The position numbers and the translations under genes were made by a program. The notes beneath the pieces are model-generated. The model was not told the origin of the DNA. It ran no database searches and saw nothing but the letters and a program-made list of their open reading frames with translations. Of a stretch of DNA of 58,656 nucleotides, positions 37,732 to 53,609 are shown in pieces. The first letter of the stretch is position 1. The number at the start of each line of letters is the position of its first letter. Origin of the DNA: Guillardia theta CCMP2712 (Eukaryota > Protista > Cryptophyta); assembly GCF_000315625.1 (NCBI RefSeq), contig NW_005434444.1, positions 1-58,656 on the forward strand, in the 5' to 3' direction.

Positions 37732-39363
37732 ATGAGCGGTTTCGGGAAAATTGTGATAGGCCAGGCAGGCAAGAAGTATGGTCTGCATAGACCGGGACAA
37801 GCAAGCAAGCCGCCTGTGCGACCGTCCATTTTCAACGATGACGGAGAGGACGAGGAGAGTCAAGATCCTGCGAAGGTTGTAATGAGCGACAAGCATCGAG
37901 AGAAGATGCAGAAGCGCGCAGAGAAGGAGATGGCGAAGGCATTGGCCGTTGACTCCTCCATCTTCGACTATGACGGAGCGCACGACTCCATCGTGGCAGA
38001 GCGCGAGAAGGCAGAGCAGGACCGGCTGGACTACTCAAAGAAGAAGAAGGAGGCGAGCTGGAGATGGGATCTCTCAGGGTTGTGACTTGCTTTCAAGGTG
38101 CGGTACGTGCACGCCCTGATCGCCAAGACCAACGAGAGGAAGCGAGAGGACGAGAGGCTGTTCGAGAAAAGACTCGTAACGGAGCTGAAACAGGTCCGCC
38201 ATGATGATGACTGACCGCAAGACATGCTGGGAAGAGGGTTGGACCTCAGAATCGTGACTGGTAGTTTGCTGCAGGAGCTCGAGGAGAATGGAGATTCGGA
38301 GAAATTCGTTACCTCTGCATACAAAGCACAACTCATGGCCAACAAGAAGTGGGAGGATGAAAGGGTCTGTTTACAGTCCCGTCTCGCTGCTCCTTGACAT
38401 TCTTGCCCGTCAGAACGCAAAAGACAACTTCGTCGCAAAGGACGATGTCCGGAAGAAGGCGGACTTGTCTGGTCAGTTTGCTAGTGACGGCGCGATGCCT
38501 TTGCTGAAGCCCAGGTTCAGACTTTTACAGCAACATGCTCCGAGGCAGGAACGTGGCTACTGGAGCCAATGCGCGCGGGGCGTCCCCTCCCAAGGATGTT
38601 GGTAAGGAGAGACGAGGGGAGAATTCAAGTCGTTTGACTTCTCATGTGAAGTTGCGGACATGAAGGCGAAATCTGAGGCCTTGGAGTTAGAGCAGCAGGA
38701 TTTGGAGGAGGCCATGATAAAGCGAGAGTACGAGGAGGAGGAGGAGGAGGCAGCGCAGGATGGGTACCCCGACCGTATTTGTTGCGTCGTCTGTGATGAA
38801 TGTTGTGATAGTTACGACGAATCCTTAGCGACCGAATCGAAAGACGCAGGTCAGTTGCGATCTGACTCGCTCCCTCCCCTCAATGTCATGCAGGAGAAGA
38901 GGAAGCAGCGCGCAACACATCCTTGATGCCGTCTGCAGCAGAAGCTGGGATAGGTGAGGAGCGCATCAAGGCTTCGGGGGAGTGGACGAACTCACATGGT
39001 GCCAGACCAACGCGAGAGGGACGAAGAGCAGGAAGCGATTAAGCAGGAGGAAGACAGCGAGTCGCGTGATGAGGAATCACGGAAACGCAAGTACGATGGT
39101 TGGGTGCCTACTGCCTACGGCTACGTGCGCGAGAAGAAAGATATTGTGAGTTGACTCGAACACTGTGACTCTTGGAAGCTAATCTGCCCCTCCCAGACGG
39201 CTAAACCAGACGAGAAGAAGGACGAGGTTGAAGTTCTTTCTGCACGGTCAGTCTAGCTTGCTAGCCTTGCTGGCAAGTCGTCTCGATGCCTGGAACTGAC
39301 TGGCTGGTGTGATGCAGAGAGAGATATCTGCAGCGCAAGGCCATGAAGAAAAGCTCGAACTGA
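37732..39363 (+). CDS. NSRP1: Nuclear speckle splicing regulatory protein 1 (CCDC55/DUF2040)
   Basis: KKYGL, KALAVDSSIFDYDG, RYVHALI...RKREDERLFEKRL, EKFVTSAYK, C-terminal ARERYLQRK. Confidence 0.88.
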
Positions 39364-39384
39364 GTCTGATACTCAGCACTCACT

Positions 39385-39810
39385 GGCACCCCGAACATCA
39401 CCGCAGCCGCCCGTGCAATCGGTGTGCCGCGTGCGGCAGGCATGATGCAGTGGCGCGAATTCTTACAGGGCAGCCGCGCCGGGGCGCTCAGCCCGCCGTG
39501 TCACAGCGGCGCCGCCTTGAGTGACTGGTGGACTCAGCTCTTGTATGATACAGTAAAAGATACTCAGCTGACGGTCCGAGGCTTCGGGATCGGACTCCGC
39601 CGGGCGCGTCCGATCCGAGGGGCCGACCGTACGGTACTTCGGACTCTGAAGTCTCTGCAGGCTGAGAGGGTACCAGTGAGTAGTCCGATCGCCGGGCCCA
39701 CTGAGTGACACTAGCCGCCTGAGTTCAACCAGCCTACGGTAGCCTAGTGAGTACTACTGAGTGCCGTGCGGCAGTGCCGGTAGCGAAAGTTTTAGTCAAG
39801 TAAAAAAAAC
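39385..39810. other. GC-rich intergenic island
   Basis: Same word composition; ends in gaaagttttagtcaagtaaaaaaaa, a loose variant of the shared motif. Confidence 0.55.
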
Positions 39811-40132
39811 GTCAAATGTCAATGAAAGCTTCAGTCAACAGTACCAATTCTGGATGAGCGCAGGACCCTTGTGCAGGTACCCTTCCTTTCCCTACCGATT
39901 GGTAGGTAGGGTGGTTCACGGAATTCCGAAAATAGGAGCTGCCCGGCATGGTTGGAGGGCAGAGCGTGAGGGAGGGAGGAAGATGGAAGGGAGGGAAGAG
40001 GAGAGAGGGACAGCTGCTGCTTCTGTCTGTCTGCTTCCTGAGCTGCTGGGTCGGAGCCCTCGCAGGGAGAGAACAAGAGCTGAAGGTTCGGCGAGCAAAG
40101 AGAGGACAGGTGGTTGACGCCCTTGACAGGCA

Positions 40133-43100
40133 ATGCTCGACCGTTTGGAGGACAAGTATAAGTTGCAAGAGTTTGGCGCTGCTGATGGAGCAGAGACGAT
40201 GCGTATGCTGCTACTGATGTTTGCTGCATCCTCCACTCACCTTGCTGTGAACCTGACAGCCCAAGTTCACTCCGCCATCGCTCCCCGACGGCTACCACAG
40301 ACATCCCTTTACAGCACCAACTTCCTCGATGACCTTCTCAATGGCCATCAAGGATCAAGATGGACCTCAGGTGACACATCCTCTGCCGCTGTGTGCACAT
40401 AGCTTGCTTTCCTTCTCACCTACCCGGAGCTGATCCTTGCACAGGCCCTTTGACTTATGACAGCGCAAGCCTGGCAGACTCAGTGAGCGCTGATGATGCC
40501 GTATGCTCTGCTCATATGGATGCTCAACAGATGCAAGACCTCAACGCTGACATCAAGAGAAGGGAGAACATCTGGGACAGCCTGGTAGACCAGGGAGGAG
40601 AGGAGTACGCGGATCTCAAAGTGAGTGACTGCAATGCGACATGTTCCTTCGTCGACCTGATCTCTTGGTCGTAAATCAGGTGCACAACATTCGTAATGAA
40701 GCAAACAGAGTGAGTCCGAGGATTGTTTGACGATTCCTTGTGATGCGTTGAGGAAGAAAATCGGAGAAGCGCAGGCTGTGGCTCAGAGGGCTCTCAGGAG
40801 GGAGTATGCCAACTCCGTGAGTCCCTAGTGCTGAGCTAGTCCTCGTTGCACTGCAAGACACGGCTTGACCTGAGCTTCTCTCAGGTTGCTGCGGCAGTAC
40901 AGCAAGCAATGATGCGGGTGAGATAGTGAATGCTTTCAAAGTTCTCAATGACTGGCAACCCATCCAGGCTGATGTGGAGCATCAAGAAGAAGTTGCTAGA
41001 GGTGAACGAACTCAATCCAATCCATGGCGTCAATGATGAGATGATCGACTTGATTGCGCAGAGAAAGCCAAGAAACGAGAGAAGGAGGCTGCTGAAGCAG
41101 GTGCTGGGCGAAATAGCAAGCGACTCATTCTTACCTTCTGCGACTGCAGAAAAGAAAGCTCTCCTCCTTCAGATCGTCAACTCCGCCATCTTACAGAAGC
41201 AGAAGAAGCTCAAGGTCCTCTACCTACTCTCTTGGAGGCACTACTGAACATCTTACTCCGCTTCCAGCTGGAGTATTCCGCGCTCAAGAAAGAGTCCGAG
41301 AGAAAGATCCAGCAGCTGCATCGCAAGCTGAGGAGGCTCAAGAGGTCTCCTCCTCCTCCTCCTCCTCCTCCTCCTCCTCCTCCTCCTCCTCCCCGTCCTC
41401 CTCCTCCTTGTTCAGTTCGTCTCAGTCACACTGGGCGATCAGGTCCCAAGAAGAGGCTGGACTGACAGCAGCCAAGCTGAGGGTGCGCGTGAAGCTGGTG
41501 AGGTCGCCGAGCTGACAAGAGGAGCAGGAGCGAGAGAAGCTTGCCAAGGACGCCTCAGAGGAGAGCCGGTGCGCATGCCGCTTGTAAACCCTCATATCCT
41601 GACATGCTCCGGATAGCTCGAAAGCTGAGAAGGTGGAGGGCAAGCTGGAGGGTCTGCTTGACCGGCTGGGAGACGCTCGTGCTGGTTGACTGCTGGGAGT
41701 TTGCGGGTCATTGAGCTGAAGGTCTGCCGGCAGGACTCGCGTGGTTGTCAGCAAAGCTCGGAGCTGCTCGCGATGACGCATCATCAGCTCACTCCGCCGA
41801 GGAGAGGCAAGATTGGTGCTTCTAACTCGACTCCAGCTGAGACTATGTCACAGGTGGGAACGCAAGGCCGAGGACGCGGGCAAGCTTGCTCGATCGGCTG
41901 AGGAGGAGAAGGAGGACGCGCTGTCTCAGGTCAAACGAGCTGGGAAGAGTTCGCAGGGCCCTTAACTCTGCTGGCAGATGCGACAGGAGCGAAGGAGAGC
42001 CGAGAGGCACCTCAAGCTGGAGCAGGAGGCCAACGTGAGCTGCTACTGAGTTTGCCATGGCAGTTGAACTTGCTGGTAGGCGAAGGAAGAGGAGGAGCGC
42101 GAGGAGGAAGAGGAGGCAATCGAGGCAAGGAGGAAAGCCGAGGTCAGGCCCGACCTACCTGTTGCTCCGGTGGGTCACACGAGGGCAGGTGTGGGCAGCG
42201 CGGGAGGAGGAGGCGGCAGAAGATGCGAGTAGTCAAGTCAGCAGGTGCCTTGAAGGAGCTTGTCAGCACGTGCAAGGATGATGTGCGGTGCAGGATGACG
42301 TCAGCAGCTGAGAAGGAGAGGGAGGCGATGAAGAAGGTTAAGAGAGCTCAGCAGCTGTTGGAGACTTCCTGAGCTCTTTCACAGGCAAAGGCCCTGCTGA
42401 AGATCGAACAAAAGAAGTAAGGAGGGAGAAGAAAGTGTCTTGAAAGAGCGAAGGGGGGGGGCGGGGGGTCAGAGGGGGAGGAAGACGAGCACGAGGAGGA
42501 GNNNNNNNNNNNNNNNNNNNNNNNNNNNNNNNNNNNNNNNNNNNNNNNNNNNNNNNNNNNNNNNNNNNNNNNNNNNNNNNNNNNNNNNNNNNNNNNNNNN
42601 NAAGAGATGAGGATGGGAGGATGGAGAGGAGTGAGGAGGGGCAGTGAAAGAGCAAGGAGAGTGGGTGAGAGGTGGTGGGGGGGGGGTTGAGAAGATTCTA
42701 GAGGAGGAGAGTTGGAAGGAGGAGCTGTTCGTTTCATGACTGGTCAACATTTCAGCTTGCGGATGAGGACGCAAAACTCCAAGAGCTTGCGGATCAGCTG
42801 GAGGTAACCAGCCAGTTCCCAGCTGGACCCCAGCAGCTGATTGACAATCTTCAGTTAATCATCGGACACCGGGAAGCTGAAGTCAATGCATCGAAGGCAA
42901 GAGGAGGAGGAGAGAGGGAGGAGGGTGGGGGGGGGGGGAGCAAGTCTAACGAGTCAACAGTTGGCAGCGACAAGGGCGAGGGAGGAGGAGGAGGAGGCGA
43001 AGAGGATGGCGCAGCAGGCTGAGGAAGACGAGAAAGCGGTGAGAGTGCCCACGTCACTCCCCAGCTGTGGCACCAACTAGAAGTTGACAGGCGGAAGAGA

Positions 43101-46100
43101 AGGAGCTGCTGACCATCCAGCGCATGCATCAACTTGAGGCTTCTGGTAGAGCTTCTTGTTCTCCTCCTCCTCCTCCTCCTCCTCCTCCTCCTCCTTGTTC
43201 TTCTCCTCCACCCAGCTCCTTCTCCACCCAGCTCCTCCCCTTCCTCCTCCTCCTCCTGTGGTACCTCCTCCTCCTCTTCCCATTTTCTACTCTTCCTCTC
43301 TTCTCTTCTGCTCTTGCTCCTCCACTTCTCCTCTTATGCTCACTTGTCGTCTTAGGCGTCGAGGACTCGCGAGAGATGATGCGTCTCAGAGCTGAGGTAC
43401 TTGCTGAGACTCAGCTGGACTCTAGCTGACGAATTTCAGCTCGAGAAGGCTCACAACGAGACTGAAGCCGCGAGGTGACAACAAACTCACTACCTTGCAC
43501 CTCCACCTCCACCCCCGCTCTCCTCCTCCTCCTTCTCTTTTTCTTCTCTCCTCTTTCTCCTCCCTCCTCTTCCCTCAGCTCCACCTTCTCTCCTCCAGCA
43601 CCTCTCTTCTCTTCTTTTCCTTCTTGTCTGTCTCTAACCTTCACTGTTTCATCTCCCGTAGAATGGAAGGAGTGCGAACTCAATCTGCTTGGAAGTTCTC
43701 AGAGCAAGAAAGAATCAAGGTCCTTCTCCGATCCTTTTCCGATCGCTTCTTGTAGACCTCTCTGACTCCTCGTCCTCGTTCTAGGCGGAAGCAGCTGAGA
43801 ACGACGCGATCCTCTCAGCAAAAGAAGCGCAGAAGGTGAAAGAAGGAGGAGAGGAAAAGAATATGAGGGGACTTCGGAAGAGGTTGGGTGGGGATGGGGA
43901 GCAGAGAAACAAGAGGAGGAAGGCAGAAGAGGTCGAGGAAGGAAGCGAAGAGCTGACGGTTTTGATCAGGAGCGAGAAGAAGCTCTTGCCAAGATCCAAG
44001 CAGCGGAGGAGAAGACAAAAACCGGTGAGAGGAGGAGAACGAAATTGAGGGGGGAGGAGAGGCAGTGGAAGAGGAGGAGCATTTCAACAGGGGTGTCATT
44101 GAGTTTGTTGGCAGCGCTGGAAGCGAAGGACGCTGCAAGCAAGGAGGCAGCAGAAGCTGCCAAGAAGGAGGCTGAAGAGGAAGAGCTGGCCAACTCAGAG
44201 AAGACGCGGGTGAGGAGTAGCAGGAGGAAGAGGAGCAGGAGCAGGAAGGGGAAGAGGAGGAGCGGGAGTAGATGCGGGAGGAGGAGGGGCTGAAGAGGAA
44301 GCAGATCTCCGAGGAGGAGGAGAAGCTCAAGGACGCCTACGCTCGTGCTGGTAGCTGAGAACTTGCTGGGAGAGGTGAAGTTGACTCCAGCTGTAGGCCA
44401 GCTGGAAGAGAAGTTGACAGCATCACAAGCTGCCCAGAAAGCGGCGGAGGATGCGACAAACAAGGTGAGGAGCAGGAGAAGAATGAAGTTAGGGAGAGGC
44501 AGAGGATTGAGGAGTAAAGGAGGGGAAGAAGGCAGGAGGGAGCGAGGAGAAGGAAGGGGAGCCGGCAAGGGGGCCCGGGGGGGGGCGGGGGGGGTTGGAG
44601 GGAGGGTCGAAGGGAGGCGTCAAGACATTGGCAGGCACGAGAAGGAGGAAAGGAGTGCGGAGGAGGAAGGATCCTTTCCCAAATCTGCTATCTTAACCGA
44701 TACGCCCAAGGTAACGGGAAGGACAGAAGGAGGAGGAGGGGGGGGCTGGGGGNNNNNNNNNNNNNNNNNNNNNNNNNNNNNNNNNNNNNNNNNNNNNNNN
44801 NNNNNNNNNNNNNNNNNNNNNNNNNNNNNNNNNNNNNNNNNNNNNNNNNNNNNNNNNNNNNNNNNNNNNNNNNNNNNNNNNNNNNNNNNNNNNNNNNNNN
44901 NNNNNNNNNNNNNNNNNNNNNNNNNNNNNNNNNNNNNNNNNNNNNNNNNNNNNNNNNNNNNNNNNNNNNNNNNNNNNNNNNNNNNNNNNNNNNNNNNNNN
45001 NNNNNNNNNNNNNNNNNNNNNNNNNNNNNNNNNNNNNNNNNNNNNNNNNNNNNNNNNNNNNNNNNNNNNNNNNNNNNNNNNNNNNNNNNNNNNCGCAGAG
45101 AAAGCCAAGGCGGAGGAAGAGGCGGCGGCGGAGGAGAAGAAGGTGAGGATCGAGCGAGTCTTGCGGGCCTTCCTGACGCTCGTGCAGGCGGCCAGTGCGA
45201 ACGAGAAGGCGGAGAAGGAGGAGGAGGAGGCGAAGTCAGCAGGGCAGGCAGCAGCTGGTGAGAGGCGAAAAGCTCGTCAGGCTGTCTGACAGTTGCTGCA
45301 GAGGCGAAGGCGATAATGATGAAAGAGGAGGACGAAGCTAAGGTACCTCTCCTCCTCCTCCTCCTCCTGGTTTTCTTGGACTTTTCCCTTATCCTCCTCT
45401 GCGACCTCGTCCTCCGTCCTCCCCCCCCCCTTCCCCCCCCACTTTCCTCCTCGTCCTCCCTTTCCCTCTGTTTCTCTTTCGTCTCGTATTCTTCCTGCGC
45501 TTCTCAATTTCGTCCAGGCTGCCCATGAAGCAGCGGATTCAGCCAACCAGAAGGAGGAAGAGGCAGAAAGGAAGCTGGCAGCTGCTCTTGCTCGCGGTGA
45601 GTGGGGACAGGAGGGAAAAATGTCAAGAGGAGGAACGAAGACAACAACAGGAGTGGGAGGAGGAGGAAGAGAAGGATTGGGAAGAGTATGAGCAGCAGCA
45701 GCAGGAGGAGGAGCAGCAGCAACAGCAACAGCAGTTCTCACAGCGAGACACTTTCTCGCACTGACTTTCTCGCAGCTGAGAAGGAGCAGGAGGATGCGAA
45801 GTCAGCAGAATCGCTGAACAATCAGAAGCTAAAAAGCGGTCTGTCCCCTCCTTCTTCTCCCTTCTTGTATTCCCTCCTATCATCTTCTGTCCCCCTTCCT
45901 CCCAGCCCCCTCACCTCCCCTCCTTCTACTTCCTCCCCATCCCCATGCTCATCATCTGTCTTGTTTCCCCATATTCACCACCTCCTCTCCTCTTCTTTCT
46001 CTTCTTCCTCTTCTTCCTCTTCTTCCTCTTCTTCCTCTTCTCCTCGGCTCCCGTCAATCTTGACTGAAAGTCCTCCAGCCACCGAGCAGTTCGTTCAAGC

Positions 46101-47127
46101 CTCTCAAGAAGCTGCTCGAGCACAGGTAAAGTTCAGGGGCACAAGATGAGGAGGGAGGAGGTGGAGGAGGTGGAGGAGGCAGAGATTTTTACGAGATTGT
46201 GCTGTACAGGAGCGAGCAGACGAGCTGGAGGAACAGCTCAAGGAGGCGCAGGCGATGATGAAGGCTGCTCAAGCTAGAGCTGAGATGTGAGATCCACCCT
46301 GCTCATTCCCCTACCTCTCTCATTCATCCTACCCCCTCCTTCCTCCCTTCCATTCCTCCCTCATTCATCCCCCTGCTCTTCCTCCCTCCTCCTTCCTCTT
46401 CTTCCTCCCTCATGCACCCTCTTCTCCTGTGTTCTCTTGCCTCTGCCATGCATCTCCTTTCGATCTTCTTTCACCTCCTTTACTCGTTTCTGCAGGTACT
46501 CTGCTTCTGCTGCCTCCAATGCAACAGCGCTTGCTCAGGAGAAGCAGGAAGCTCAGGTCCTCCTTCTCTTCTCCTACCACCACCTCCTCCTCCTCCTCCT
46601 CCTCCTCCTCCTCCTCCTCCTCCTCCTCCTCCTCCTCCTCCTTGCTCTCTCGCTCGCTCGCTGCACGAATGCTTCATATAATTTTTCTCCTCCTTCATCT
46701 TCATTTCTCTTTATCGCGCTCATTCGCTGCTGATCCTGCAAGCAGGCATGGAAGGAGGAGCTCGAGCGACGAGCAGCAGCAGCGGAGGAGGCGACAGCCA
46801 AGGTCAGACCACCTCATCCTCATCATCCTCATCCTCATCATCCTCATCCTCATCATCCTCATCCTCATCCTCATCATCCTCATCCTCATCCTCATCATCC
46901 TTATCNNNNNNNNNNNNNNNNNNNNNNNNNNNNNNNNNNNNNNNNNNNNNNNNNNNNNNNNNNNNNNNNNNNNNNNNNNNNNNNNNNNNNNNNNNNNNNN
47001 NNNNNACAGTCTCATACGAGGGGAAGGGGACAGGAAAGAAGAGTAAGAAGGAGGGAGCAGCGGGCGGGCGGGCGGGGCGGCAGGCAATAGCAGTTGCAGT
47101 TGCAGTTGCAGCAGTATGCAGGAGCGG

Positions 47128-47212
<85 letters not shown>

Positions 47213-48038
47213 TGCAGATGCAGCAGCAGCAGCAGATGCAGCAGGAAAAGAGGAGTGACGTGAAGGGCAGGCGATGGGAAAGAAGTGGTGTGTGGTTGAA
47301 GGAACGTGCGGGTCGTCGCTGGGGGATGGACAATTCTTCGACACATGTGCTCCTATCACAGAGAAAGGATGCTCCTGCCGCAACTCGTTCATGACCAAGG
47401 TGAGGAGACAAGCGAGGGAGTGAAGGAGGGAGGAAGGGAGGGGGAGGGAGGGGAAGTGGGAGGGAGGAGGGAGGGAAAGAGAGTGGAATGTTGAGGAAGA
47501 GGAAGAGGAGGAATGGGGGAGCGAGGAGGTGCAAGGAGGAAAGAAGGAGGGAAATGGCAACAGGGCAGGAGGAGGAGGGGAGGGGAAAAAGGCAACAGGG
47601 CAGGAGGAGGAGGGGAGGGGAGGGGGGAAGGGCGGAGCATGTGGGAGTGAAGGAGAGGAGGAGGGAGAAGAGGAGAAGCGACTCAGTCGGATTGCAGGGA
47701 CACCTCGTGACGGGATGTACCGAAGAGAGATCACAAGGGCAACCCTGGTGCAAGGTGAGGAGGGAGGAAGGGAGGGAGGAAGGAGAAGAGAGGGGGAGGA
47801 AAGGACGAGGACGAGGACGAGAGGGAAGTGAAGGAACAGGCGCAGCACGAGCTGAGGGGGAGGAGGGGAGAGGATCATTGACGAGGATTGCAGGTCAGGG
47901 AAACAGGATGCGGACAGCAGAATGCTGACGGCGCATGGTGGGACTTCTGCACCTGAGGAGGAGGACGACGAGGACGACGAGGACGAGGAGGAGGAGGAGT
48001 GAAAAGAGGAGGAGTTTATTTTTTGAGCCAACATGTTG
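40133..48038 (+). CDS. Long multi-exon Glu/Lys/Ala-rich coiled-coil protein, interrupted by assembly gaps
   Basis: Many short exons such as ALEAKDAASKEAAEAAKKEAEEEE and QLEEKLTASQAAQKAAEDA, flanked by GT/AG; boundaries uncertain. Confidence 0.55.
42502..42601. other. Assembly gap (others at 44753-45093, 46906-47005, 51374-52028)
   Basis: N runs next to G/C-run or SSR tracts. Confidence 1.
47131..47243 (+). repeat. (CAG)n microsatellite
   Basis: Directly visible. Confidence 0.95.
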
Positions 48039-48478
48039 AGGATACGTAATTGCGCATAAGCGAATGAACACTTGAAGATGGAAAAGAATCACTCTGCCTC
48101 CTCCTGCTCTCTCCCTCCTCTCCCTCTCCCTCCTCCCTCGGCTGCCTCTGATCTCTTGTTCTCCTTCGATCTCACTCTTCCTCCCTCGACCTCTCCCCCT
48201 CCTCTCCATCTGCGAATCTTCGTACAAGAATCCCGCTCCTCTCTCCGTTCCCGTTCTGGTCAAGCCGAACACTTCCTCTTGAACCCTCCTCCTTCCTCCT
48301 CATTGCCTTCCCACCTCCTCCCATATCTCCTCCTTCATATCTCCTCCTCCCATATCTCTTCCTTCATATGTCCTCCCTCCATATCTCCTCCTTCATATCT
48401 CCTTCATATCTTCTTCATATCTTCTTCTCCATATCTCCTCCTCCATATCTTCTTCTCCATGTCTTCTCCTCGTCTTCG

Positions 48479-50577
<2,099 letters not shown>

Positions 50578-52028
50578 CCTGTGACAACAGGAGTGAGGAA
50601 GCATGAGCTGGGAGAACATGCCTGGCGCAGGGTAGAACATGAGCTAGAGCAGATACAGTGAGGCTTCAAGGGAGTGATGAAACGAAGAGGCGCAGGTAAG
50701 GGGGGGGGGGGGAGGAGGAGAGGGAGGAGGAACAGAGAAGTAAATAAGAGAGAAAGAAGGAGCAAACGAAGGCAAGCAGTACGACGGAAGTAAACGTTCA
50801 ACCTCTGAAGGGCATCGCTGAAGGATTTGGAATGGCTGGTTCCTTGAAGAGTCGAGGATGATTGGGCAATGCAGGCTGAGATGGGTAATCACCTTTTCCT
50901 TCTCCTCCTTTTCCTCTTCCTCTTCCTCCAACTCTCCTCTCCCCCCCCCCTCGTGCATCTCTTTCCGTTTCTTGCCCCCCTTCTCCCGTCTCCTCCTCTC
51001 CCCCCTTCTCCCTCTTCTCTCCATTCCCACGCCTACCGAAGAGAAACAATGTCCAGATGACGGTCGTCATTCCAAGACTTCGATGTCCTTTCGCTATCCC
51101 TCTGGTTTGCTATTATGACGAAGACACGTTCATCAGATCAACGTGAGCCAAGGCATACGCCTAGAATCTTCTTTTCCCTTCCTTCACAGCTTGTAAGACT
51201 GTCAATGACTATCATGGAATGTTGTTTCGCTTCGTTCCTCGACCCTTCTGTCTTCTCGAGGGATCACTGGAACCTTTCTAATTCCTCAGCAAATGTTTTG
51301 ATTTGATGTACGACCTCCACCTCCTCCCTTTTCTCACCTCTCTCGTCCCCCCTCCCCTCCAACCCCCCCCCCANNNNNNNNNNNNNNNNNNNNNNNNNNN
51401 NNNNNNNNNNNNNNNNNNNNNNNNNNNNNNNNNNNNNNNNNNNNNNNNNNNNNNNNNNNNNNNNNNNNNNNNNNNNNNNNNNNNNNNNNNNNNNNNNNNN
51501 NNNNNNNNNNNNNNNNNNNNNNNNNNNNNNNNNNNNNNNNNNNNNNNNNNNNNNNNNNNNNNNNNNNNNNNNNNNNNNNNNNNNNNNNNNNNNNNNNNNN
51601 NNNNNNNNNNNNNNNNNNNNNNNNNNNNNNNNNNNNNNNNNNNNNNNNNNNNNNNNNNNNNNNNNNNNNNNNNNNNNNNNNNNNNNNNNNNNNNNNNNNN
51701 NNNNNNNNNNNNNNNNNNNNNNNNNNNNNNNNNNNNNNNNNNNNNNNNNNNNNNNNNNNNNNNNNNNNNNNNNNNNNNNNNNNNNNNNNNNNNNNNNNNN
51801 NNNNNNNNNNNNNNNNNNNNNNNNNNNNNNNNNNNNNNNNNNNNNNNNNNNNNNNNNNNNNNNNNNNNNNNNNNNNNNNNNNNNNNNNNNNNNNNNNNNN
51901 NNNNNNNNNNNNNNNNNNNNNNNNNNNNNNNNNNNNNNNNNNNNNNNNNNNNNNNNNNNNNNNNNNNNNNNNNNNNNNNNNNNNNNNNNNNNNNNNNNNN
52001 NNNNNNNNNNNNNNNNNNNNNNNNNNNN

Positions 52029-52470
52029 AAAATCAGTACGAGGACAATCAGGAGAGTCGAGGAGGCTTGACCCTGACACTGTCGCACAGGCCAAACGGCG
52101 AGAAGAGAAAAGACAGCGAGAACTAAACCCAATCCTGCCGCACTGCTGTCCCCCAGGGCAAACCGTTAACTGATACCGTACCTTCAGTTTTAATTGCGCG
52201 CAGGACGATTCCCCCCCGACCCACTCCCTCAACCGTGACAGATTTACAGAGTCAAAGTTAAGTCCGCCGGCTCAGCGGCTGCGGCACTGGGGCACTGCAG
52301 GACCCGCCTGAGTCACTGTCACAAATTGAACCGTCACGGTACCACGGTGTGACTGTGTGTGCGTCACAGTCACGGTACCGGGGCCGCCCTGAAGGCTCGA
52401 GGGGAGTAGCGATCATGACTGGCTTTATGACATGTCTAGATTTCACGTTGGAGTTTACTACTGGAGCATA
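52029..52470. other. GC-rich island with a partial conserved motif and modules shared with the 22.7-kb and 55-kb islands
   Basis: aaaatcagtacgaggaca, accctgacactgtcgcacag, acggcgagaagagaaa, gtcacaaattgaa. Confidence 0.65.
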
Positions 52471-52830
52471 AAAGTATTTTATCCGGGATGGGGGCTTATG
52501 GGGGACCTGTTCCTCACAGCCTTTTCTCCTTGTGGTTTGAACCCCTTGCGGGGGTACCCTGAATGTATACCTGGCTAAAACATTTTTGTGGGTTTCAACA
52601 TCCTTGTCCTCGTCCTCGTCCGAGCTTGTCCTCCTCGTCCTCCTCCATCGCCTCCTCCATCCTCCTTCATCTCGTCCTTATCCTCCTCCATCGCCTCGTC
52701 CTCCTTCATCTCGTCCTTGTCCTCCTTCATCTCCTCCTCATCCTCCTCCATCGCCTCTTCCTCCTTCATCTCCTTCTCTGCGATTCCATTTCATTCCTTC
52801 AAACACATCTTTCCCTCAAGCTTCAGCTCT

Positions 52831-53006
52831 ATGGAGCCCTCTTACGTCATCCGCACCCGTCAGCGTCCATCCCAGCTGCCCGCGTCTTCGACTAACCGAG
52901 CCCGTGCGGTCCACCTCGATCAGCCTACCATCCAGCGCCATTTTCACCTCCGACAGGCCGATGCCGCCGACACCCTTGTAAGGCCCTCTTCCTCCAGCTG
53001 CTGCTG

Positions 53007-53040
<34 letters not shown>

Positions 53041-53609
53041 TGCTGCTGCTCCTGCTGCTGCTCCTGCTGCTGCTCCTGCTGCTGCTCGTCCTCATCCTCA
53101 TCGTCATCATCGTCATCATCCACTCCCTCCAATTCTCTCCGTCTGTACACTGCTATACTCTCGCAACTCTTTTCCCCGTCAAGGTTGGCGTCGCTCACTC
53201 GGTACTGCAGGGAGTATCGCTCACGGCCTTGAAGAACGCATGCAAGGCCCTTGGCATCCGGTGGCCATACAGCGGCAGAAGAGCGCAGGCTCCTGCCAGC
53301 GTCTCTGAAGCCTCAACAGCCACCACACTAAGAGCAGAGGCAGCAGGAGGTAGTGGAGAGGGAACCCGATGGCTGGACGGCATTTTGGTCTTTGTCGACG
53401 GAACACGGACAGCACAATCTAGTGCAACAGAGGAATCAGCAGGCCGAGAGGCAACCTGGTCACGCACAGGATCAGTAGCGCTGACTGAGGAGGATGGGGC
53501 TGGGGCAGAGCCGATCGACTCTGGTTGGCTGGAGTGGTACATGAGGCAACCGATAGCAGAGGAGGTGAGGGCAGAAGATGAGAGGGCGGGAGGAGGAAGC
53601 AACTCATGA
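52831..53609 (+). CDS. RWP-RK domain transcription factor
   Basis: HFHLRQADAADTL | intron | GVSLTALKNACKALGIRWPYSG. Confidence 0.85.

Noticed and set aside
51264-52232. Long ORFs containing X runs (also at 42.3, 44.3 and 46.4 kb)
   Set aside because: Artefacts of N gaps.
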